A DNA stretch of 64,000 nucleotides. Origin: Auanema rhodensis. Its lineage: Eukaryota; Animalia; Nematoda. Below the pieces are notes generated by a model that did no database searches, was not told the origin of the DNA, and worked only from the letters and a program-made list of their open reading frames with translations. Of this stretch, positions 21,031 through 34,539 are shown piece by piece (position 1 is the stretch's first letter; each line of letters begins with the position of its first letter). The position numbers and the translations under genes are program-made. The stretch lies in NCBI GenBank assembly GCA_964057225.1, contig OZ059896.1, positions 15,438,001 through 15,502,000 of the forward strand, given 5' to 3'.

Positions 21031-22234
21031 TGCTCTCGATCAAATTCCTGGAGCAACCCGAGAGCAATGGAATAAGAAATTTAGAGAAGAGATGGAAGAA
21101 AGTAATAGAAAGGGGGGGGGGACTTTTGAAAATAAATTTTTCGCTTTAAACAGTTTTTTTTTAAATTTTTTCGATATGACACACTATGGCCACGTATTTA
21201 TTGACACACCTAATATATTAAATCAGTTTTCCTCCGAAATTAATGAAATTTTTTGCTTGTAGCAATGCAACAACTCTATCTGAAAGAAATATTTGAAATT
21301 ACAAATACAGAAGAGAAGTCTCGTAAATTTTTAGAAGAATGCTTAAATATTATATTTTCATATCATTTTCATACTTTTTACAAAATTGATGAATGTCGAT
21401 TTTTTTCATCAAGTGCTATTATAAAAAAATATAATAATATATATAATATGAAAATAAAGCCTATTAAATGAATAATCTAAAGAAATTTCACTCCTTGAAA
21501 ATGTTCTTTCGGCACTTGGATTTCGAATTCCTTTTTTTGATCCTGAATATTTAATTAGTAAAGTTTATTTAAAAGATAAAAGAAACCTGAATAACCAGAT
21601 CATAGCGGGTTTGCGTGATGTTACCTACGGCAAGAACCCCGCTGTCAACCAAGAACCAAATGAGGATAGCATTTGTACTTTGTTTTCCGGCAAATATTCA
21701 TTATTCTAACTAAGTTGTCATAAAATCCTACTTGCTGGTTTTCAGACTAAAGGAATCATACAACGGAAGTTTTGTCCGTAAATCCATCCCATAACTGGAA
21801 AAGCGGGCGAGGAGAAAGTAGCAGTGCTGAGGTGTTCAATTTCTTTAGTCAATCCTATCTAAAAACGAATATTAAATACAATACTAAAATTTCATCCTAC
21901 TTGAACAAGCTCATGTTCATCAATGAACGTCAAACTCATCATATGGCATCACCAATTTCTAGCATAAACCTGAACTCTAAAATAATAAATTAATTTTAAA
22001 ACATTTAATTTTATACCGTGTAATAGTCGTTCATGGTTGTCGTGCAATTTGAAGTGAATTTCAAAGCAAAATTCAAATATCCTTAATAAATTGGTGAATT
22101 CCACAATGAACAAACAACATTGTTTCTTATAATTCACCAATTTATTAAATATTTTTGAAAAAGAAGTGGGGAACAGCGGAAAATGGTTTTCTCTCTAGCC
22201 AAAAGCGTCGCATGTCGCGTGTTGGGTCGCATGC

Positions 22235-22951
22235 GGAGCAAATGTGTGATTGCGGTTACAGAGAGGAAGAGAAAAGAAAGTCACACAAAAAGAAAGTAGT
22301 CACATCTAAATATTGTGAAATTGCCAGGGCGAAGGCGTCACAAATTGAGAACGTTTATTGTCTTGAAATGAAACGTATTGAAATGAAATATTTGAATATT
22401 ATTTTTTTAAATTATTTTCAAGTTTACTTTCAAGTTTTTAACACTTTTTACCAAGCTGTTAATTTATGATAACTTACCGATATTTCTGGCGCGGAAGGAT
22501 GCGTCACCAGTTTGGGAAATACGAATCATCCAATAGATGTAGATTGAAAGTGTAAGAATACAAGAAGCTGTAACTCCAAGGATTGAAGCTGAAAAAAGAG
22601 AAAATAAAAAATATTTTGTTATACAGTAATTTCTAATAATATTAATTTAATCTTATAGGTTTATTTGATATTTGTACTTTTATCTTTTCGTCTTTTGCTC
22701 TGAATTAAAGTTTTTTTATCATTTAAGAGAAATTTACAACCGTTCAACTTGTATGCTCAAGGAGAAATGATTTCTCATTTTACGTGTATTTACACGCAGA
22801 ATTAATAGATTTTCACGTGAACTTTCAATATTCAGATGGTGAATTAACAACATGTGAACTTGTAATGATATTAATAGAGAGCGCCTTGTTCAGCTGGAGT
22901 AAATGTGTGATTGTGCTCGGTCACAGTGAGAAAGAGAAAAGAAGGTCACAC
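22235..22951 (+). repeat. Pair of diverged ~55-bp direct repeats (22235-22286 and 22896-22951) inside the insertion
   Basis: GGAG-AAATGTGTGATTG...CGGT-ACAG-GAG-AAGAGAAAAGAA-GTCACAC shared by both copies. Confidence 0.75.
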
Positions 22952-25690
22952 CCTAACATTTAAGAACATTTAAGAAAGTACCATTTCAAGAGTATGTTGA
23001 TAATTAAATTTTTTAATTGAACAAAAAGATGATCCTAAGATATTAATTGACGTTTTTACATCATCTGCTTTAGAAGAGATGATTTAATGCTTGAGAAGCA
23101 AAATGAAATAGAACATTATTATACTAGAGGAAGACAATCTGGGGTAGATTGTTTTTACATCTCCGCTAATATTTTTATAATCTTTTCCTTGAAATTACTA
23201 GAGAAAATGACAAGAAAATATAATATTTAAGCATAAAATATGAAATTAAAAATGAAATTGACATTTCAACAGAAAATTGTTCGAAAATGTATAAAAATTA
23301 TTAAAGATAAGCACTTTTTAGTGCTTCAAAATTCACTTTTTTTCACTTTCTTTTAAGAAAGTGTTGTAAATGAGGTGATTCTCCGACTTCAGAAAATGAA
23401 AATGTGTCTAAAACGGCTGAGATGTCGAAATGGTATTATAATCCCTCGTATATATACTACTTGAGTATTTAAGAGGTACATTTTATTTAAAATAGTGAAA
23501 GATGACGCCATGTTGAAACATACAGAAAACATGTTCGCTGATCCTTGGTAGATCGCATTTTGTTGAACAGATTTACTATCATTCCAATCATACATCGCAG
23601 TTGTCAACGTAGTAGAAATTCTGGAAAAAAAAGTAAAAACAACGGAATTAATTTTAAAATTCCACCAGCACATTTCAATGTTCGCTGATATACTGTTAAC
23701 AATCAGGTAGAGATATATACATATCAAAGCAGGCAGCCAATCAAAGGGAGGAACACCTTCAGCTTCTCTAATACATTAATAATTTCCAAAAATGACTCAA
23801 CGGAGTAAGTTTGAAATATACTAAATTTTACCCTGAAAAAGCATCGATAATTTATTCAAGTTTTCAATGTATGATCAGTACTTTTATTGTTGAATGTGAT
23901 CATACTACTGATTTATAACCAACGTTTTTATGATTTGAAATTGAAAACTAAGTGTAACAATTGCTAAACGGAACAAACTAGATAACACGTGTGTTTCTGT
24001 TTGAGTGCCTGTGGATTATTAATTAAACGCCGATTTGTCTTGATGACTTTGCTTACCTTTTGTACCAGCATCCTCAATGATCCCTGAATATTCTTCCTTG
24101 AAGAATAATATTAATACAGGAATTGTTGGAAACGAAAAGATAATTATGATATAAGCTGGCCCTATGTACATATCAAATGGAGCATTTCCAATTTTGAATC
24201 CGGAGGCAAGGGGAGTGAATACAGCCTTCAATTAAGTTTGCGACTGAAGCTTCACTTCAGTTGTACGTGAAACACAGACAACAGCCAATCCAACAATCAA
24301 TCCAGCTGTTCCTAGACAGACAGACATCGTTCTATCAGATGTAACAGGAGCAGTAGCAAAGTATGTATTTAATACAGTTTGACAGCCTTAAGTCGACTAG
24401 AAAACATTAGATTTAAGAAGGGATCATTGAACAAGATGTCTGTACAATAAAGTACTTTTAAAACACGAGACGTTCATGCGATGAAAAACAGCGTCGTACT
24501 CACCGATTTCGCACACCGTTAAAAACTGTGAGACAAAAATCACAACTAGTCGACCATTAAGGAACAAAGGGAGTGCAGACTGCGTGCAGAAGTTGGCCTC
24601 AGAAGTGGATGAAGAATTTCCAAGTCTATGCGAGAAATGAACCTAAGCATATGAGAAAGATTCCAATGCATACAGATAATGTAACAGCTAAATTCTTCTG
24701 ATTCCAAGCACCTAATAAAGGTGAAAACTATAATATATGAAGAACAATGTGATACAAAAACAATTTACCAAAGTAGTTCCTATGCTAAAACTAGAAACAA
24801 TCCAACCACACATACTAGCAGTTATCGAAGGAATATTCTATGTTATCGAGAAGTTGTAATAAACAATTCCAGAAATTACATCTTCTTCTGTTAAAAATAG
24901 CCATAATGACATGAAATATATGGAGACATGCACTCCAAAAGTAAAATTCCATCAGGATATATATACAAAGCCATCAGGATATATATATATATATATCCAT
25001 GGTGTTTTCAAATTTCTACTATAGTCTTAAATATAACAAAACTAGAGTAGGAAACTTTACATTTCTTTCCAGCAGGATTCATTGGACTGTATTTTAACTT
25101 TTTCCATTTTTCAGGAAAATAAGGGAGGAATAAAAAATAAGCTAGAGAATATTGTGATTGTGATGTTCGATTCTATTATCACTGTAATATTTGTATTTAT
25201 ATAGTTCCAAGAACGACTAACAAAGAACAGAAACATTTTGTTTGCGATTACAACGAGAAAGCTACTTCCTATGTCTCAATTCATTGATAAGGAGAGCTAT
25301 CAAAGGAGAAAAATCATTAATCAATGCTGCATAATAAACATAAAGATAGAACACTTACAACTGAATTAAAGAACTAATCATTTTCGAAAAAATCTTGTAG
25401 AATCATGAGCAAATTAAAAGACAAACATAATTAAGTTAATAATAACCATTTATAGAGTAATTTTATTATAGACCCCAATTTTTCAATTAATATAAGTTAT
25501 TATCACCAAACGAAATTTGAAAAATGACAAACTGTTATCATCCCTGATCTACCGCATTTGGCGCCGTAAATCCTTAATATAGAACTCTGAATGGTATAAT
25601 TCTCTGAGTCGTTCGACTACCAAGCATTACCAGTGTTAACGCTCTGGTTGTATTAACTAACAAAAGATCACATACAGCTCAGATTTAACC

Positions 25691-28600
25691 ATGCGTTTAC
25701 TTATAGCCTTAATAGGCTTGTTATCAGGTAATTTCTTTGGCTTTTCTTATTGTTATTACGAATTTATGTTTATAGTATGTTATGCACAATACGAAACAGT
25801 TGGTGCTGATTCAACTGCATTCAATTGTGATGGTCAATCTGATGGAAATTATGGATCTCCCTGCTCTCCTCGATATTTCTCTTGTGTTGCCGGAACCGCT
25901 GTAGAAAACGTCTGCCCAGAAGGACTTGTTTTCAATCAGGCCGAGAACAATTGCGATTATCCTGATGAATCATGTGGTGGAGAACCAGCTCAAGCTGAAC
26001 CCGAACCCATCGATGAGGATTATGGTCATCCTTCCGATTTAGGTTATGGACAGCCTATTGATGACGAAAGCGGATTCATAGGTAGTAGAAGGATCTTTAA
26101 CTAGTTTTATGCCATCTTTTAGATTGTTCTGATAAGGCTGATGGATTCTACTCCCATGGATGCTCTAATGCGTACACTGTCTGCTCCTTCGGAACTTCAA
26201 CTCTTATCCATTGTCCAAATGGATTAGTCTTTGATGGATTGAAGAGCCATTGTACCTATCCTGACGACTGTGGAAGACCAATTCAAACCACCACTGCCAC
26301 TTCCGCTGATATACCACAACCAACTAACCCAGTGTACCAGCCTCCAGTTTATCAGCAGCCATATGCTCCAGTAACTACTGAATCTCCAGCTCTTTCTCCA
26401 GTTGAAACCACTACCAGTGGTACTGTTTTTGGTAAGCTTTTACAGGGTTTCACTGTATTCTTTCTGTTATTTAGACTGTCAAGGAAAGGAAGACGGCGAA
26501 TATGCTGTTGGATGCTCTTCTGAATTCGTTCAATGTGTTGCTGGATTCACCTATCATCGCATGTGCCCTGCTGGTTTATTATATTCTGCTTCCACCAGAA
26601 GATGCGAGGTCAGCTGTGATGTAATTGCTAAAGAAGGTAAGTATTGTAATTGATTATAGTTTCTATTTTGTACTAATTACAGAGCCTGTTAGCACTGAGA
26701 CTCCAGTAACTCAACAACCGTACGTGCCAGTCGTCACCGAATCCCCGGTTACTCAGCATCCTTACGCCCCTATCACAACTGAAGCCACAATTGAAACAAC
26801 TACATTGGAATCTGTTTTTGGTAAACAATTTCTTTAAATTTAAATTTAAAGTTAATTGTATTAGACTGCCAAGAGAAAGAAGATGGTTTGTATTCTGTTG
26901 GATGCTCCGCTGAATTCTACCAATGTGTAGCTGGATTTACATACCATCGTATGTGCTCCAGTGGATTGTTCTTCAACTCTTCAACCCAAAGATGTGAATT
27001 TACTTGTGATACAGTTGCTCAAGGTAGTATATCATTTTGCATATTATTTTTATCTATTTATACCTAGAACCTGCCCAAGAATCCACAGTTACTCCTTTCC
27101 CAGCAGAACCTACCAATGTCTATGTCCCTGAGCCTACCCAAATCGTTCAAACAACTGCTGCTCCAGTTGTTGAAAACCAATCGGGATGCGTTGATGGAGA
27201 TACCTCTTCTTTCGGACAGTGCTCTTCAAAGTTCAAGCGCTGCAAGTAAGTATTCATCTGTCATAATGAGGATAAATCGTTTTCAGATCTGGAAACTGGA
27301 AAGTCGGAAGATGCCCGGGCATGACGGTCTTCGATGAGACCATCGGACTCTGTATCTACGATCTTCCACGTTGCAAGACTACCCTCTTCACCAAAAAACC
27401 AGTACGGCTATTGTTGGCCTATTGTCTTCAATCTTTATCTTTAGGAAACTACTTTGCCATCTTACGGAACTATTGAATACGGCACTACCCAAACCCCTTC
27501 CACTAGCTACCAGACTGCCGCTGCCGCTCCTGTTGCTCCTGTAGCCCCTGCCGCTCCTGGCTATCTTTCTTACCCACAGCAATTCTATCGCCGTCCAGCT
27601 TACGTTTCTAACCCTTTCTACGCTTACCGTCGTGATGACCATGATCATGATCATGAACACCGTAGAGGACGTCACTTCCGTGGACACAAATTTGATAGAA
27701 ACCGTTACAACAAAAGTAAGTTTAATAAAAATAAAGGATAGTCATTTATATTTTCCAGGAGATTACGTAAACAAAGGTCAAATTAACTACAAGACTAGAA
27801 GTGTTGTTGTCGATGGAAGACGTCAATATGTCAGAGATATGTTCAAGGGAATCAGAAATCCATATGCTCCCCCAATGTACAATGATGTGTTCATCTCGGC
27901 TAGGGTTAGTTTTCTTACATAGTATTGTAAGAAAGTTATGTTTTTACAGACCGATCGCAGAAGACCTTCAACCACCACCATTGCTCCAGGAAGCAATTCA
28001 GTTGAACCCGATGCTGCAGTACCCAATGCTCCAGTGCCCAATGCAATCTTCGCTTCTGCCCCATTGGTTGAGAAAACTGAATTAGTAAAGGTGGATCACT
28101 TTCTCTAATGCGTTAACTTTTCCTTTTTTATAGGATCAGATTGAAGGATCCGGATTAGGAGAGTTCGAATCTGCTGCTTTCACCGATAATTCCGCCTCAA
28201 CTGAACGTCTTAGATCTAAAAGAAGTTATGGACTTTCGGAAGCTCCCGTTACCACGGAAAATTTGTGTGCCACCCAGGTTTTAGGGTCTCTTGTTTCTCT
28301 TGGAAGCTGCAGACAAGATTTTGTCTATTGTGAATCTTCTACCAATGATATCGTGAGAAGAATCAATGTTATATGACATTGAGTGCCATTTTGTTTTCAG
28401 GTTGCTGCTTGTCCTGTTGGAGAATTATTTGATGATGCTGCTAAAAGATGTGTTTCTGCTTATCATTGTGGTGAACCAGCAGATATCTCTGTTCCTGACG
28501 TTGCTGCTGATATGGAGGAATTCATCCCGATCACAGCCCCAATCTCCGTACCAACTTCTGGCTCTCCATCCGTTGATGCTGAACCAATTCTTGTTGATCC

Positions 28601-31451
28601 TGTACCTGCCCAGACGGAGACTGTTCTCTCTCCCAGTCATGAACAAGGTAAACAGGATGAAGTGATTGTTCTTACCGTTTCTTTAAGTTTACAACCAAGT
28701 TTACGATAACTATCCTGCTCCAGTTGCTACCGATTCTGCTCCAGTTGCTACCGATTCTGCTCCAGTTGCTACCGATTCTGCTCCGGTATCCGCCGATGCT
28801 TATCCTTCTTTCGATCGGTCTCCTGTTACTTCCCATCCCGCCATCGTAAACTTCGATACTTGTGATGGAAAAATGGACGGATACTTTGCTGTTGGTTGCT
28901 CCAACAATTACTTCGTCTGCCAGGGTGGCCGTGCTATCGAAATGGTTTGTCAAGATGGACTAGTCTTCGATCAAAGAAGAATTGCCTGTGATTACAAATA
29001 CAATGTCGCTGCTTGTGGACCAACATCAGTCAAACCACCAGGTTGGTGCTTTTGGTTAAAACAAGCTTATATATTATTTAAGTTGACTCTTACGTTGCTT
29101 CACCCTCAAACGATGAGCCCGTTCCCTACAAGCCAACTGCTTCTGTTAATCCAACTGCTTTAGTTCAACCAACCATCGCTGTTCAGACTGCTCCCAAGCG
29201 TAAGATCTAGATCTATATTAATTTCATTGTTATTTGCATTATTCAGTCTGTAAGGGCAACGGATTCTTTGCGGTAGCTCCTTGCTCGAAGAAATATGTTT
29301 CTTGTAAGAATGGTGCTCAGCTCTTCTCTTTCACTTGCTCCGGAAGCGATGTTTTCTCTGAGCGTTTCGCCACTTGTGTTTCTAGAGCTAAGGCTGGATG
29401 CCCTGCTGCTGTTGATACTCCTATTCCTTACGTTCCCACCATTTCTCTTCCAAAATCCACTGTTGCTCCAGTCGCTAGAGATCAGGTCACGAATGGATAT
29501 ATCGGAACATTCGAGACTACCACATTCGCTCCTTCCAATTCTGAAAATTATCACAAGGCTGTTCCCTCTCTATCTGAACCAGTTGATTCAATCTACCACG
29601 TTCCAAGCTCCGATGATTCTGCTGTCCCCTCTACTGAGACTGAAGAAAGTAACGACTGTCCAGCTCGTGCGTATTCCACTGTTGACTGTTCTAACACCTA
29701 TAAACTCTGTGGTGCCGGTGTCGTGTTCGGTAAGAGCTTCCAACATATCACTATTCATTAATTGAATTATAGAATTGAATTGCCCTGCTGGTTTGATCTT
29801 CGATAGAGCCTCCGGTAGCTGTGAATTCCCACAATTTGTTGCCGGTTGTGAAACCTTCAAGACTCCTGGAAAAGATATTGTAGCTACCTCTGCCTCTCTC
29901 ATTTCCACCGAAGAAACTTCCAATCCTGAAGCTTTATCACAAAAAGAATCTTATGATGCCGTTATAGCTTCTGATAACAATGGATATACTTCAGAAGCCA
30001 CAACTTCTGCTTCAGAGAGTTATGCTTCGGATGCTACTACTTCCTCTACTGGCCTTGCACAAGACAACTCGTATGAGAGCAGTTCTTCAGATTCCAATGT
30101 TTATGGAAAAGAACAAACTTTTGAAAGTACTACCACTGCTTCCAATAATTATGTGAACGAAGATAGCTATGCTAACGAAGAAACCACTGCTTCCAATAAC
30201 TATGTGAAAGAAGATAGCACTGCTTCCAATAGCTATGCTAGTGAGGAAACCACTGCTTCCAATAACTATGTGAACGAAGATAGCACTGCTTCCAATAGCT
30301 ATGCTAGTGAGGAAACCACTGCTTCCAATAGTTATGCTAGTGAGGAAACCACTGCTTCCAATAACTATGTGAACAAAGATAGCACTGCTTCCAATAGCTA
30401 TACTAGTGAGGAAACCACTGCTTCCAATAGTTATGCTAACAAAGAAACTACCTTTGCTCCCGTTGTCGTCGCTCCTCAAGAAATCAAATGCACATACGGA
30501 AACGAGAGAACCTCGTTCGCTATAGGAGAATGCTTTAACAGCTTCAAAATCTGTACTGAAGAGGGACGTTTGATCAACGCTAACTGTGATAATGGACAAG
30601 TTTTCGATTCTGCGACCGGTGTTTGTGTGTTGGCTTCCTCCTGTGGTGCCAAGGTTAACATTATATTATTATTGCATTATTCAATTCATTCGTTTCAGCC
30701 TACTCCTGCTGCCTTGACTCCAATCACCCCTTGTTCTGGAAAGAAGGATAACGAACTTCTCGCTTATGGAGAATGCCGTGAATCATTTATGCGTTGTATC
30801 AATGGAGCCTCTATCACCGAGCATTGCCCACGTCGTCATGTATTCCACGCCGGACAACGTTTGTGGAAAGTGTTTGGCTGAACAACAACATTATTTTTTA
30901 GAGAGATGTCTTCCTCGTGAACGTATCAATGAATGCTCCGAAAGCCAAGTGGTATACATGACTCCATCTGCTAATCAATCCGAATTCTGTGTTGGACGCC
31001 GTGATGGCCTTTATAGAGATCCTAAAATGTGCTCTGGAATTATCCAGTGCTTCGGTGGAGAACTCTTTGCCAGACCTAGCTGTCCCACTGGATTGGTCTT
31101 TAATGAGAAGAATGCTCAATGTGACTACAGATATAACGTCCCTGGATGTGAAGAAGTTGCTGCTGATCCAGCACGTACGTTTGTATTTTTTGAGGGTAGT
31201 CTAATATATTTTTAGTCGAGGGAAAATGCAGAGGAGAGAAACATGGTGCCTACTTGGCCGACAGCAGTGACTGTAGTATCTTCTACCGGTGCGTCTGGGA
31301 TAAACTAGAGAAGATGAGCTGTCCAAGTGGAACTGTCTTCAACCCAGTCTTCTCCGTGTGTGACTGGCCTGCTAACGTTCCTCATTGCTTCAACGGCAAA
31401 GTCACTACCACTGCTGCACCATCAGCAGATGAGCCCATCAGACCATACTGA
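25691..31451 (+). CDS. Secreted multi-domain chitin-binding peritrophin-A (CBM14/ChtBD2, ~13 domains) mucin-like protein, CBD-1-like eggshell/vitelline component
   Basis: Signal peptide; repeated Cys modules (e.g. CDGQSDGNY..CS..YFSC..CPEGLVFN..CDYP) separated by P/T/S-rich linkers; stop TGA 31449-31451. Confidence 0.9.
28715..28784 (+). repeat. Coding 21-bp tandem repeat (~3.3 copies, APVATDS)
   Basis: CTGCTCCAGTTGCTACCGATT repeated. Confidence 0.9.
30132..30449 (+). repeat. Coding 33-bp minisatellite (ETTASNSYASE/DSTASNNYVNE-type units)
   Basis: ~9-10 copies of CACTGCTTCCAATA-anchored units within ORF 29775-30881. Confidence 0.9.
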
Positions 31452-31919
31452 AAATTCATTTCTAATTCATTTACTAGATAACTCCTCTTACATTATGTGA
31501 TCTGTGATATTTACCAATCTTATACTGTGCCTAATGTTTTTACTTTACCTGAGCGTTTTACTTCATAATTCATTTCAATTTATAATTTCATAATTACTTT
31601 TTTATAATAAGTAATCTTTTTAATAAATTTTTTATGTAACTACTTACTTGTTTTCTCTTGTACATTATAAGCAATCGAAATATTTCAATTTCAGATTTAT
31701 GCATAATCTGTAAACGGGAGTTAACCGGCTCTTGGTTAATATGTCTTTAGTATTCAAGTTAAACGTGGCAAAAGATGAGATCTGGTTGGTGGAATATATA
31801 GCTGAAAGGAACAATGTAGACTAGGATAAGCCTTTCCGTAACAGTACCCTTTCAACAGGCACCTCCCTTCCACTATAAAAGTAGCGAATTGAACAATTTC
31901 AGTTCAACTGGGAATAGCT

Positions 31920-32852
31920 ATGCAGTTGTCTGTACTAACAGGTTGGTCATATTACAACTTAGCCTGTACTGAACCTTTTTTATTTTTAGTATTGTTTTTT
32001 GTTAAAGTGGTATCCAGCCAATGGAATTATGGTATGTTTATCTATTCCTGATATTCCTCACCAATCCATCCACTCGATCACACGTTTTAATAAAACGTCT
32101 TTTACTTAACTAACACGCATGCACAGCACCTCACTTGTAGGTTGGCCTTTCTCAGGCTACTTCAATCCTTACGCTTCAGGATATTCAGGATATGGTCTGG
32201 GAATGAGCATGGATCCATATGGAATGGGAATGAATCCGTATATGGGAGGGTAATTCTACTGTTATTTCTATTTCGTAATCAATATCTGTTTTCGAATGAT
32301 GAACCCACTGATGATGGGTGGTGGAATGTGTATGGATTTAAGTACTCAATGCCCTGTATGGGCAAGCACAGGTTACTTTTTTCTTTTCAGATTAATAGGA
32401 TATTAGAAGGGCGATTGGGGTCAAACCACCTAAAAAAATCAGAAAATACAATCATCAAAACTATTCATATACTACGTTTAGGTCAGTGTGCAACTAATCC
32501 AATGTATATGCAACGAACTTGTGGTCGTTCGTGCGGAACTTGTATGGGAATGGGAATGGGAATGGGAATGGGAATGGGATACGGTTTGTATAATTATAAT
32601 CATTGATAATAATATGGATGTTAAGGCATGGGATATGGCTCTTACGGACTTGGTTTAGGAGGAGTTTCCCCTTATGGATTCGGTAGAAGCATTTACGAAA
32701 CTGGTAAGTAACTAATAATTAACAGTTTACTTTTCTAACAATCAATAGGTATTCTGCGATCACAACCAAAGCCTGCTATTTTTGCCAATGAAGATGGAAA
32801 AAACACCAAAATGACCAATGATATTACAACTCCTCGCCAAAAACTTGTATGA
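31920..32852 (+). CDS. Small secreted Gly/Met/Tyr-rich protein with one ShK (ShKT) domain
   Basis: Signal peptide; CMDLSTQCPVWAST-GQCATNPMYMQRTCGRSCGTC; (GGAATG)n encoding MG repeats; TATAAAA at ~31874. Confidence 0.85.
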
Positions 32853-33064
32853 AAGCTTCTATTAATAATATTCAGATCTCTGATTTATCAATTGCAATAT
32901 TAATATATTATATTATACACGCTCCAAGTATTATGTAACAAGTTTTTATTCCAAATAAATAAATTAATAATGTTCTTAAACATTTTTTGTTATCTATCGC
33001 TTGAATTGAGAATGAGCTCTTATCTTTCTGCTGTGCGTAACAGTGGGTAAGAAAATCGTTGCGT

Positions 33065-34539
33065 ATGGCTGTTCAACACGTTTGGTTGGGCCCAGTGTTT
33101 ATAGCAGCTTACAGCTTATCCGCTTTATTAATATGGTGAGTTTAATACCGGTTACGAATATGATGATATTTTACGCTATTCTATTACAATCATTATTCAA
33201 AAAAAAAACTATTTTTCAGCATTTCTATCTCTGCATATTACCACTACCTACCGCCACGATGGCCTTATCTCAGGTTTGCTCCAAAATTCAACATTTAAAA
33301 TGTTATACTTAAAAATACCTTTCTTATATTCTATTGTTGAACAACCTCCATGTAGGAACAGCGATGACAAACGATAATGAAAAACATTAGAAGTATATGA
33401 AAACATCCATGTAGTCTATTCACATGAACTATAAGCGTCAATATATTCAAATTTATTCTGAAAATAGCCAACGATGATTCAAGACCGTCTTTTTGTTAAA
33501 ACTTACGAAAACGATAAACATGTTTTAAATTAAAATGATTATTGGTTTTTTGATTTTAAATTAGAAACAACCTATATTCAACTTATCAGCCAATTTTCAT
33601 TGATAATAATAACTAGGAAGAATTGTATCTTGAAGTAATTATCTGATATCTTTATTATTTTAGCGAGATCGCCACTTTACCTCCTGCCAGCAATGTCTAT
33701 AGCTTGATGATGAACCACATTGCTGTTATGAGTATTGAGAAAATTCAATGCTTAAATATAGTTGCATGCTTACAGTAACATTTTGGTTGTATATAAAACA
33801 TCGTGAGATCGTGTCATATCTCGAACATGACGAAAATTTGAAACGAAAACGACTTATTTCATTTATTAATATGTGCATCGGAATGTTTGGGCTACTTGCT
33901 TTTGTTATGAGTGCTAACTTTCCGGTGAGATCCGTACATAGAGATCGTTATAAAATTATGAATTTAGAAGGGAAAGGTGCCATTGATTCAAACATCAGCT
34001 AGCTTAGTTGTTATGATCTGTTCAATAATTTATGTCTGGATGCACTCGTTTATTTCTATTCAAATTCAAGATCCTACTATCAACAGAATCCCTCTGTTTC
34101 TTGTCCGAATTTCATTAGCTGCTGCTCTCACGTCATGTTCTATATCAAGTCAGTTATGGAAATCACTCTAAATTTATATATTCCGAATTAAGTGATCAAA
34201 GTACTAGAAATAAAAGGACATAACTTTGATACGACAACTCCTGCTCCACCAACGGTAAGTTAGGTGATCTCATATAAAGATTGGGAATAATTATTTATTA
34301 AGGATTTATCAAGTGCAGGAGCAGTTTTAGAATGGGGTATATACTTCATAACCATATTATTTCTCCTCACAGATGCATATGAATTTAAAAACCTCATATT
34401 AAAGCCATTGAAATTGGTAATACCAGGTTCCCCGTTGTACGATGATACGCGTATCAATCCCCCGCTAGTTACTCGAAGAAGGGAATTATCATTTGCTGAT
34501 CTTCCATCCTCATCAATGACAAGACCTTTGGTTCGGTAA
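33065..34539 (+). CDS. Frag1/DRAM/Sfk1 (TMEM150-like) membrane protein
   Basis: WPYLSEIATLPPASNVYS, SANFP, YVWMHSFIS, GAVLEW, LTDAYEFK motifs; GT-AG junctions. Confidence 0.8.

Larger units (their letters stand above)
20083..25107 (-). pseudogene. Disrupted tandem paralogue of the MFSD8-like transporter
   Basis: Homologous exons (KTPW, YFMSLWLF, DMYIGPAY, FKEEYSGI, MYDWND, GGCIVEYDWC, FYHRLV). A local duplication/TA expansion at ~24950-25000 puts an in-frame TGA in exon 2; a ~2.7 kb insertion removes part of the YPWFFYS exon; further tandem duplication at ~20254-20311. Confidence 0.8.
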
